Shown here: piece by piece, positions 52,526-60,741 of the stretch
How the letters are laid out: each line of letters opens with the position of its first letter
How positions within the stretch are numbered: the stretch's first letter is position 1
Assembly (NCBI GenBank): GCA_965197905.1
Contig: CBDAOB010000004.1
Location: 1,824,001 to 1,888,000, forward strand
Direction: 5' to 3'
From: Candidatus Latescibacterota bacterium
GTDB lineage: Bacteria; Latescibacterota; UBA2968; UBA8231
DNA: 64,000 bases
Notes under the pieces: generated by a model
The model's input: only the letters and a program-made list of their open reading frames with translations
Databases searched by the model: none
What the model was told of the DNA's origin: nothing
Program-made: the position numbers and the translations under genes

Positions 52526-53641
52526 TCAGAACCAGCGAATTACCACATCGCCCACGACGAATCCGACGATGGCGATACCCATGCCCACGGCAAACATCTC
52601 CATGCCGCTGCGAATCATGCTGCGGCCGGTGAAAATGCTGCGTGCGGCACCGACGGCGAAATGCGACAGCATCGCCACGACAAAAGCGCACCAAATCGCC
52701 AGGTAGCCATCCAGGAATAGAAACGGGGCCACCGGGATCATGGCTCCCAAAGCAGTAGCGAATCCGGTCAACCATCCTTCCTTGACCGGCGTGACGTGCG
52801 CTCCGCTGATGTGCAGCTCGTCCCGAACCTGTTCTTCGAGGGCGCGCTCAGGATCGCGCATCAGGGCGCGGGCCATCTCGTTCGACCGGTCTCGATCGAT
52901 GCCTTTGAGCTCGTACATCAACGCCAGCTCTTTCTCTTCGAGCTCGGGCATCAGCTCGATTTCGGCCTTCTCCATTTCTATCTCGTTTAAGTACACCTCC
53001 TGTTCTGATTTCGCTGCCAGGTAACTCGACGATCCCATGGAAAGCGCGTCCGCGATCACCCCCGCCAAACCGGTTACCAACAGGATCGGGGTGGCGACGG
53101 AGGCACCGATAACACCTGCCACCAGGCCGAAGTTGGCCGTCAGCCCATCGTTAAATCCGTATACCACGTTGCCCAGATAACCGCCCGACTTGAACTTGTG
53201 CCACGGTTCGGAATCACTGACGCCAACCATCGAACCAAGGGTTTCCGCATGTTTTGCGGACTCGGTGGCCAAGGTGCGCGCCGCATCCTTGGCAGAGCCC
53301 GGGGCGCTGTCGCGGTGAAGCTCGAGATATGCCCGTACTTCGTGACCCTCCTCCCGCAACAGGACGGGTAGCAATAGACCTGGTCCCCAGCGGCCGGCGA
53401 TCCAAGCCAGTAACCGCGCGCGCAAGGAAGGCCGTGGTGTGTCCGTACGGTGTTCGTGCTCGGACAGCACGCGGCTCCACATTCCGGTGTGGCGATCTTC
53501 AACTTGGGCAAGCTTGGTGAACACATCCCGCCGTTTGGGGTCGGTTTCCACGTCTGCCAGGGCGCGGTACAGGAAGGCGGCGTCCGCTTCGTCCTGGAAG
53601 TGATCACGCCAGGCGGCAATGTCGTTGGGAAGGGAGGACAT
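52526..53641 (-). CDS. Rubrerythrin/ferritin-like - VIT1/CCC1 fusion (iron exporter-like)
   Basis: N-terminal DEADAA..Y..LA, EDRH, ESAKH; VIT1 VYGFNDGL, ALSMGSSSYLAAKS, GAMIPVAPF. Confidence 0.9.
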   Translation of the reverse strand: MSSLPNDIAAWRDHFQDEADAAFLYRALADVETDPKRRDVFTKLAQVEDRHTGMWSRVLSEHEHRTDTPRPSLRARLLAWIAGRWGPGLLLPVLLREEGHEVRAYLELHRDSAPGSAKDAARTLATESAKHAETLGSMVGVSDSEPWHKFKSGGYLGNVVYGFNDGLTANFGLVAGVIGASVATPILLVTGLAGVIADALSMGSSSYLAAKSEQEVYLNEIEMEKAEIELMPELEEKELALMYELKGIDRDRSNEMARALMRDPERALEEQVRDELHISGAHVTPVKEGWLTGFATALGAMIPVAPFLFLDGYLAIWCAFVVAMLSHFAVGAARSIFTGRSMIRSGMEMFAVGMGIAIVGFVVGDVVIRWF

Positions 53642-53679
53642 AGTGGGGAGAACCTATCCGGTCGGTTCGAGGGTGTCAA

Positions 53680-56028
53680 TCAAATCCGTTTCCAGAAATC
53701 GTCTACCCGCGACTTAATCTGATCGGCACTGTTTACCCTGTTGCCGTCGCGCCAATGAGAGGGGAAGAGGTGTTGATATCGCGCTTGATTAAAACGACGA
53801 TCTATCAACAAAACGATGCCGCGATCATCCCCCGAGCGAATGACGCGGCCCACCGCCTGCATCACCCGGTTCATGCCGGGGTAGGTGTAGGCGAACTCGA
53901 ATCCAGGGCGTTCTGCGTCGTCGTAGTACTGGCGCACCAGATCGCGCTCGAGGCAGATCCGCGGCAACCCAACACCGACGATGACGGCGCCCACGAGACG
54001 CTCGCCCACCAGGTCGATGCCCTCCCCGAAGATTCCTCCCATCACCGCGAACCCAACCAGAGTATGCTGGCTGGTCTCGTTGAACAGGTTCAAGAAGGCG
54101 GCGCGTTCCGCTTCTGACATGCGAGGTCGCTGCACCTCGATACGGGTGGCAGGGTGGGCCGCCACAAATCGCTCCACAACGGCATCCATGTACTTAAAGG
54201 AGGGGAAGTAGATCATGTAGTTGCCCACAGCCCGATCAGTCACGGCGGCGATCGCTTCCATAACCTCACCGTAGGTCGTCGCCCGCTTGCTGAACGTCGT
54301 TTCGATCCCGTCGGCTACCAGAACCCCTAGATTCTCCGCGGGGAAGGGGCTTTCCAGGTCGAGCACCCGATCCTCGAGGTCGCCTCCCAGTACCTGGCGA
54401 AAGTATTCAAGTGGAGTGAGGGTCGCCGAAAAGAAGACGGCAACCATGCCGCGTTTCAGAGCTTCCGCTATTCGCGTGGACGGGTCGCGGCAGAACAGTC
54501 TCAGAGACACGTCACGGCCCCGCTTTTCGGCATAGGTCACGTAGTGTTCGTCGTAGAGTTCGGCCACCCCCGTGAAGGTGCGGGTCTCGAAATACCGTTC
54601 GAAGAGCAGATCCCGGTAGGAGGCGGGTACTCGGGAGAGACCGGGCTCCACCGTATCGAGAAAACTCTGCAGCATCGGCAACAGCTCCAATGGCGCTTCG
54701 CTGTCCACCAGGAAACCCTTCTCCTCGGCAAGTGCCCTCTTCTCGAGCTCCACAAGGCATTCGTCGATGTCGGCGAGTTTGGCGGCCAAGTGCGTGTCTC
54801 GATCGTCGAGGGCCCGCTGGAGGGTGCGGAAGTCCTTCCTGCTGAGCTGCGCGGAATAGATATCTCGCGCGCGATCGAGCAGATTGTGGGCTTCGTCGAT
54901 GAGAAACAGGTAGTTCCCAGACCCTTCGAGAAAGAAACGCTTCAAATAAGCCCGAGGGTCGAAGAGGTGGTTGTAGTCACAGATTATCACGTCGGCCCAT
55001 AGAGATAGATCGAGCGAAAGCTCGAAGGGACAAACGGTATGTCGGCGAGCGGTGTCCTCGATCGCGGCAGGAGTGAAGGCGTCGAGCTGGAACAGTTCTT
55101 CGATCGCGCCACCAACGCGGTCGAAGTAGCCGATGGCAAACTCACAGCGCTCCGGATCGCAGCTTTTCTGCCCTGGCTCGACGAAACAGATCTTGTCGCG
55201 GGCGGTGAGCGTGATGCTTTTCACGGAAAGCCCGGCCCCGCGCATGTCGTCGAGCGCTTTCTCAGCCACGGCGCGTCCAGAGGTCTTGGCGGTGAGGTAA
55301 AACACCTTCTCCACCTTCCCCTGCCCCACTCCTTTAATGGCCGGAAAAAGCACCGAAATCGTCTTGCCGATACCGGTCGGCGCCTGGGCGAAAAGGTTCT
55401 CCCGGGCATCGATCGACTGATAGGTGGCCAGCATCAGCTCCCGCTGCCCCTTGCGAAGAGACTGGAAGGGAAAGGGGAGTTGGGCGATGGACCGGTCCCG
55501 CTGTGCGCACCACTTGCGGTAGGTGCTGACCCACTGCAGGTATTTCCGCAACAGGTCGTGGAAGATGTCGGCAAGCTCATCTCGCCCGTAGCTGCGCAGG
55601 TGCTCCACCGTCTGCCAGGTGTCCAGGTTTACGTAGGTGAGCTGAATCCCCACCTCTTCTACGTCCTTTTGGACTGCAACGATGTAGCCGTAAACCTGGG
55701 CTTGGGCCCAGTGTTGGGGAGCTTGGGCGTGTTCCCCGTCAACGTTGCCTCGCGTGGTTTTGATCTCTTCGATGCGGTAACTGTCGCCGGCAGCGATGAG
55801 GCCGTCGATGCGACCGCTGACCTCCACCGCGAATTCGCCGTAGTGCTCCACGTGGATTACCGGCACTTCGGTCAGGTACCCGTCGGGGCGCATCTGCTGC
55901 ACCTTCTGGTGTGCTCGCGTGCCTTCGGCGCCGCGACCGGGGTTGATGAAACCACTGGCCAGGTTGCCCGACTGGAGAGCAAATCCGACAAGGCTGCGTA
56001 CGGAGATCTCGATAGGTATTCGCTGCAT
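53680..56028 (-). CDS. PD-(D/E)XK nuclease - DinG/XPD (Rad3-like) Fe-S helicase fusion
   Basis: GTRAHQ, SGRIDG, EEIKT, AQAQVYG; QAPTGIGKT, Fe-S Cys (KIC..SC...RC...VCPFE), DEAH, SATL, GGIFGEGID, QAVGRVIR. Confidence 0.93.
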   Translation of the reverse strand: MQRIPIEISVRSLVGFALQSGNLASGFINPGRGAEGTRAHQKVQQMRPDGYLTEVPVIHVEHYGEFAVEVSGRIDGLIAAGDSYRIEEIKTTRGNVDGEHAQAPQHWAQAQVYGYIVAVQKDVEEVGIQLTYVNLDTWQTVEHLRSYGRDELADIFHDLLRKYLQWVSTYRKWCAQRDRSIAQLPFPFQSLRKGQRELMLATYQSIDARENLFAQAPTGIGKTISVLFPAIKGVGQGKVEKVFYLTAKTSGRAVAEKALDDMRGAGLSVKSITLTARDKICFVEPGQKSCDPERCEFAIGYFDRVGGAIEELFQLDAFTPAAIEDTARRHTVCPFELSLDLSLWADVIICDYNHLFDPRAYLKRFFLEGSGNYLFLIDEAHNLLDRARDIYSAQLSRKDFRTLQRALDDRDTHLAAKLADIDECLVELEKRALAEEKGFLVDSEAPLELLPMLQSFLDTVEPGLSRVPASYRDLLFERYFETRTFTGVAELYDEHYVTYAEKRGRDVSLRLFCRDPSTRIAEALKRGMVAVFFSATLTPLEYFRQVLGGDLEDRVLDLESPFPAENLGVLVADGIETTFSKRATTYGEVMEAIAAVTDRAVGNYMIYFPSFKYMDAVVERFVAAHPATRIEVQRPRMSEAERAAFLNLFNETSQHTLVGFAVMGGIFGEGIDLVGERLVGAVIVGVGLPRICLERDLVRQYYDDAERPGFEFAYTYPGMNRVMQAVGRVIRSGDDRGIVLLIDRRFNQARYQHLFPSHWRDGNRVNSADQIKSRVDDFWKRI

Positions 56029-56098
56029 GAGAGTAGACCGGTAAAATAGGCCGCTTTACCTTACTCTGCATAGATCCAACTCGGTCAAGGAGGAAAGG

Positions 56099-56986
56099 AT
56101 GTCAAAAGCGGCAGTGCCGGCGTGTCTGGGTGTCATTGGAGGTTCGGGGGTGTACGCCATGCACGGGGTGGAGGTGGTCGGCGAACACGAGGTTTCCACC
56201 CCATTCGGGGCGCCGTCCGACCTGGTCGTAGAGACGCGGATCGGCGGCAGAGCGGTGATGTTTCTACCGCGACACGGTCGTGGTCACACCCTCTTGCCGT
56301 CGGAGGTGAACTCTCGGGCCAACGTCTTCGCCTTGAAAAAGTTGGGGGCAACCCACCTTCTCGCGGTCAGTGCCGTGGGCATCATGCAAGAGCAGATACA
56401 CCCGGGCGACATGGTGGTTCCAGAGCAGATCTTCGATCGCACTCGGGGTGCCCGTGCCGGTACCTTCTTCGGCGACGGCATCGTCGGCCACGTGAGCTTC
56501 GCGGATCCATTCTGCGACGAGCTGCGCAAGATCGCAATCCAGGCAGCGGCCGCCGCTGGTGCCAACGTGCACGCCGGCGGGGTCTACGTCTGCATGGAGG
56601 GGCCTCAGTTTTCTACTCGTAGCGAATCGAACTATTACCGCGAAGCGCTCGACGCAACCGTCATCGGCATGACCGCCCTCCCCGAAGCCAAATTGGCGCG
56701 GGAAGCGGAACTCTGCTACGCCCTGCTGGCCATGGGTACCGACTACGATTGCTGGCATGAAGAAGAAGAGGATGTCTCCATCGAGGCGGTGATCAGCGTA
56801 CTCAAGGCCAACGCGGAGATGGCGAACGGGATTGTGCAGATAGCCGCAGGCATGCTGCCGGAGAAATCCGACTGTGCCTGTATGCACGCCGCCGAATACG
56901 CGATCATTACCGCTCCCGAGCACATATCGGGGGCGATCAAGAAAAGACTGTCCGTGCTCTACGGGCGGTATTTCGACGGCAGCTAG
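56099..56986 (+). CDS. mtnP: S-methyl-5'-thioadenosine phosphorylase
   Basis: GVIGGSG, TPFGAPS, FLPRHG, RANVFALK, CMEGPQFSTRSES, IGMT..PEAKLAREAE, TDYDCW; AAGGAGG RBS. Confidence 0.96.
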   Translation: MSKAAVPACLGVIGGSGVYAMHGVEVVGEHEVSTPFGAPSDLVVETRIGGRAVMFLPRHGRGHTLLPSEVNSRANVFALKKLGATHLLAVSAVGIMQEQIHPGDMVVPEQIFDRTRGARAGTFFGDGIVGHVSFADPFCDELRKIAIQAAAAAGANVHAGGVYVCMEGPQFSTRSESNYYREALDATVIGMTALPEAKLAREAELCYALLAMGTDYDCWHEEEEDVSIEAVISVLKANAEMANGIVQIAAGMLPEKSDCACMHAAEYAIITAPEHISGAIKKRLSVLYGRYFDGS

Positions 56987-57012
56987 GCCGCCAATACTGG
57001 CTGCACGCGACC

Positions 57013-59217
57013 ATGGACATTCGGTCTTTCGCAGAGCGCGTCCTTTTCGGAACCACTTGGGAAGACAAGCTAGTCAGGCTGAACGGTTTCGAGGACCCAC
57101 ATCCGGGACCGGCGCTCGCAACCCCTTCCTACCCGGGGCGACCGGACGGCTTGCGCCTTGATTCGTGGCATGACCGCGAGCAGCTGCGGTTCACCGACGT
57201 GAGACGTTTGAACACCGAACGAGACCGGGGTCTCGTGCTCCACTTCTTCGCCAATCACGAGCTCCTGGCGCTGGAGCTGATGGCGCTGGCATTGCTGAAA
57301 TTCCCCGACGCGCCGGCCAAGTTCCGCCGCGGGTTGGTGCAGACTCTTGTGGATGAGCAGGAGCACGTGCGTCTCTACCGCGGGCGCATGGAGCAGGTAG
57401 GGGTCGAATTCGGCGAGATTCCAGTGAGCGATTTCTTCTGGACGGCGATCGCGCCAATGGAACGCCCGATGGACTTCGTCGCCCGATTGAGTCTCACCCT
57501 CGAGCAGGCCAATCTTGACTATTCGGTCCACTACGCCCGCGCCTACCGCCGCCTGGGGGACGATGCGACGGCAGCTATCCTGCAACGGATCTACCAAGAC
57601 GAGATTGGTCACGTAAAACACGGTCTGTCCTGGTTCAACCGCTGGCGCGATCCCGAGCTCTCCGAATGGGAGGCGTACAAACGTGTCTTGAGCATGCCCT
57701 TGTCGCCGGCGCGCGCCAAGGGCATCGGTTTCAACCGCGAGGGTCGCAGCAAAGCGGGTCTTTCCGCCGTGTATATTGATGAGCTGGAGCTGTTCAATCA
57801 GTCGCGGGGACGCTGTCCCACCGTGTTCTGGTTCGACCCGAACTGCGAGGCCCGCGCGGCTTACGAGGGCACCGCATTCACACCTGCCAAACAGCTAAAA
57901 CAGCTGATGACGGATTTCGCCGAACTCCCGATGCTGCTGTGTGCGGCGGATGATGTGGTACTTGTGGTGCAACGACCGTCGACCGCTTTCTTGCGTGACA
58001 TGCATCGGGCGGGTTTCGCGATTCCGGAATTCGTGGAATACGGCGCTGACGGCCTGCAATCCTTGGGGCTTGCGGCGCGCAAGATACGCCGACTGACCCC
58101 CTGGGGGTGGAGTCGCGAGAGTGCGCGGTTTCTGGCGCCCCTGATGCCGAACCTGACCGCCGACAAAATCAAGAGGCCGCAGGATTTCTGGAACAGGGAG
58201 ATCAGGGAGCTCTATTCCAAATCGTTCAGCGCTGCTTTGCTGCGACGGGTGCTGCCCCAGCTGCGAGATGGGCGAGATTGGCTGTGTCGTGGGTGGGAGG
58301 TTGGCAAGACCTTCTCCGACAGGGACCAGCTCACGAGTCAGATCGAAGCGTGGGCGAAACAGGGGTGTCACGAGGTCGTGGTAAAAGCAGCCTTTGGCGC
58401 GGCCGGCCGCGAGCAGGTCTTCGTCTCCGCCGGACGGTTGCGCGACGAGCAGATCGGCTGGGTGACGAATACGCTGGCGCAGCAGGGCACCGTGGTGGCG
58501 GAACCGCGCCTGTCCAAGCGCTTCGACCTCTCTGTCCATCTGGATGTTGGGGAAGACGGTATGGTGATCCTGATCGGGTGGACCCGATTTATTACCGACG
58601 GTCGCGGTCAGTTTATCGGCGCCTTTGCGACCCGGATCTGGTCCGGTTTGTCGGATGAGGAGAAACGTTTCGTTTACGGTGACGGCCGCATGCCGCAGCG
58701 GTTACCCGATCTGTTCGGCGCGCTGGCAGACCTCGTGGGGGACGCGCTTTTCGCGCAGGGATACGCGGGGCCGGTGGGCATCGATGCGCTGGTGTACGAA
58801 GACGGGCCGACTCTGCGTCTCAAGCCGATCGTGGAGATCAACCCGCGACTGACCATGGGTCGAGTAGCACTCAACCTCGGTCGCCGCGTAAACGCGGCAC
58901 GCACCTCCGTCTGGGTGACCATTACGCGCCGTGAGATCGAAGCTGCCGGGTTTGCCGGCATGGGCGACTACCATGCGTTTGTTCTTGAACGACACCCAGT
59001 GGAAATGCAGGACGGACTTATCTCTCGCGGTCTGCTGCTGACCACAGACCCGTCCAAAGGGGAGATGTTTTGCAGCGGGTTGGTGGTGGGAGAGTCGATG
59101 GAACAATGCAGCGAATATTTGGGTCCTCTGTCCAAAAAGCTCCAACCCGCGTTCGTTCGACCAGCTGCGCAGCGGCCCGCTGGTGAAGTTCGGCGAAGTC
59201 CATTCCGATGTTCTTAA
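57013..59217 (+). CDS. Ferritin-like DUF455 diiron domain fused to an ATP-grasp-like ligase domain
   Basis: HFFANHELLALE, DEQEH, LEQANLD, DEIGH (diiron ligands); C-terminal VVKAAFGAAGR, VVAEPRL, GYAGPVGIDA, VEINPRLTMG (ATP-grasp). Confidence 0.85.
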   Translation: MDIRSFAERVLFGTTWEDKLVRLNGFEDPHPGPALATPSYPGRPDGLRLDSWHDREQLRFTDVRRLNTERDRGLVLHFFANHELLALELMALALLKFPDAPAKFRRGLVQTLVDEQEHVRLYRGRMEQVGVEFGEIPVSDFFWTAIAPMERPMDFVARLSLTLEQANLDYSVHYARAYRRLGDDATAAILQRIYQDEIGHVKHGLSWFNRWRDPELSEWEAYKRVLSMPLSPARAKGIGFNREGRSKAGLSAVYIDELELFNQSRGRCPTVFWFDPNCEARAAYEGTAFTPAKQLKQLMTDFAELPMLLCAADDVVLVVQRPSTAFLRDMHRAGFAIPEFVEYGADGLQSLGLAARKIRRLTPWGWSRESARFLAPLMPNLTADKIKRPQDFWNREIRELYSKSFSAALLRRVLPQLRDGRDWLCRGWEVGKTFSDRDQLTSQIEAWAKQGCHEVVVKAAFGAAGREQVFVSAGRLRDEQIGWVTNTLAQQGTVVAEPRLSKRFDLSVHLDVGEDGMVILIGWTRFITDGRGQFIGAFATRIWSGLSDEEKRFVYGDGRMPQRLPDLFGALADLVGDALFAQGYAGPVGIDALVYEDGPTLRLKPIVEINPRLTMGRVALNLGRRVNAARTSVWVTITRREIEAAGFAGMGDYHAFVLERHPVEMQDGLISRGLLLTTDPSKGEMFCSGLVVGESMEQCSEYLGPLSKKLQPAFVRPAAQRPAGEVRRSPFRCS

Positions 59218-59394
59218 GGAACCTATCCCTTTGTGTTCCAGATAGTTCACATAAAACGATGCCCCGCAAATCGCACTCAGCAAGGTAGTTCAAACTGCAA
59301 CTGAAAGCGGTGCTTCGGCACGGCAGTCTCCCTGTTTGTAGCTGTTTTGAAACGTGCATATCTTGAAACAACGAACGTGAAACTACCCTAAACT

Positions 59395-60741
59395 ATGCAA
59401 GGTCGAGCCTCTAATCCGCCGCCGTTGGTCCTGGCTATCCTCTTTGTTTTTGCCGTTGGCTCGCCGGCGGCCGCGGTCAACGGGGATCTCGATCGGGACG
59501 GAGACGTCGACTTCGACGACTTTTTCATCTTCGCTGACAACTTCGGTCTCACCGGTAGTCCGGATGATGCCGACACCGTCGTCGTCACCGTCCGCGACAC
59601 CATTACCGTCGCCCTGCGCGACACGATTACGGTCCGTGACACGGTTTTCGTCACGAGCGATACCACGACCACGGGTGGCACCCCCCTCTTCTTCGGCGAT
59701 CCCAACCTGGAGTCGGCGGTGCGCGATGCGCTTTCCAAGACCACCGGAAACCTGCTCAGCACCGAAGGCGAATCGCTTACGTTTTTGAATGCTTCGAACC
59801 GGAACATCGTGGTGCTCACCGGCATCGAAAACCTGAGCAATCTGGTGAGCTTGACCTTGAGCGACAACCAGATCATCGACATCAGTCCCCTCGAGCCGTT
59901 AACGGCGTTGCGCAGTCTCACCCTGGCCAACAACCAGATCCGCGATATCTCGCCACTGGTGTCCAACAGCGGCATCAGTACCGGCGCGACCGTAGTGCTC
60001 ACCGGCAACCCGCTGATCAACCTCGCTACCTCACAACAGATTCCGGCGCTGACTGCTCGCGGTGCCACGGTGAGCTCCGATCCGACCGTGGTAACCTTCA
60101 CCGATTCGAGTCTGGAAGCAGCGGTGCGCTCCGCCCTGGTACAACCCACCGGCGATCTGCTTTCCATCGATCTAGGCTTTGTTTCCACCCTCGACGCCAG
60201 CAACAAGGGAATCACCAGTCTGTCGGGGATCGAGAACATGACATCGTTGACCGAGCTCCTGCTGGACGACAATTCGATCTCGGACCTTGCGCCATTGGGC
60301 AACCTAACCGGCTTGACGAAGCTGCACCTGGCGCGCAATCAGATCGTGAACATCGATTCCCTCGCCCGCCTGACAAACCTGTTGGATCTTGACCTGCAGG
60401 GAAACCAGGTGAGCGCCTTACAGCCTTTGGCTTCTCTCACCTCCTTGAATCAGCTGGTCATGAGTCAGAATCAGGTAGCCGATCTGGCCCCCTTGAGTTC
60501 ACTGTCGTCGTTGACGATTCTCACCCTGGATATCAACCAGATCGTCGACCTTGCACCGCTGGCCAGCTTGACTCAGCTCCTGCAGCTCAACCTGATCGAC
60601 AACCAGGTCAGAGAGGTGGAGTCCCTCGTATCTCTGTCCGCACTGGCGGATCTATGGCTCAACGGCAACCCTTTGAGCAACACCGCCATCACCCTCCACA
60701 TCCCGCAAATCGAGGCCAACGGAACGTTTGTCCGCCGCTGA
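59395..60741 (+). CDS. Internalin-like leucine-rich repeat exported protein with an N-terminal EF-hand/dockerin-like motif
   Basis: Signal peptide; GDLDRDGDVDFDDFFIFADNFG; two F.D..LE.AVR caps, each followed by 22-aa LxxLxLxxNQIxDLxPL repeats. Confidence 0.92.
   Translation: MQGRASNPPPLVLAILFVFAVGSPAAAVNGDLDRDGDVDFDDFFIFADNFGLTGSPDDADTVVVTVRDTITVALRDTITVRDTVFVTSDTTTTGGTPLFFGDPNLESAVRDALSKTTGNLLSTEGESLTFLNASNRNIVVLTGIENLSNLVSLTLSDNQIIDISPLEPLTALRSLTLANNQIRDISPLVSNSGISTGATVVLTGNPLINLATSQQIPALTARGATVSSDPTVVTFTDSSLEAAVRSALVQPTGDLLSIDLGFVSTLDASNKGITSLSGIENMTSLTELLLDDNSISDLAPLGNLTGLTKLHLARNQIVNIDSLARLTNLLDLDLQGNQVSALQPLASLTSLNQLVMSQNQVADLAPLSSLSSLTILTLDINQIVDLAPLASLTQLLQLNLIDNQVREVESLVSLSALADLWLNGNPLSNTAITLHIPQIEANGTFVRR

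Noticed and set aside
55500..56028. Cas4/CasDinG of a CRISPR system
   Set aside because: This is a common stand-alone PD-(D/E)XK-DinG fusion; no array or other cas genes are in the window.
59346..59383. TTGAAAC motifs resembling CRISPR repeat ends
   Set aside because: Only 6-7 nt are shared and the spacing is 14-16 nt, far too short for repeat-spacer units.
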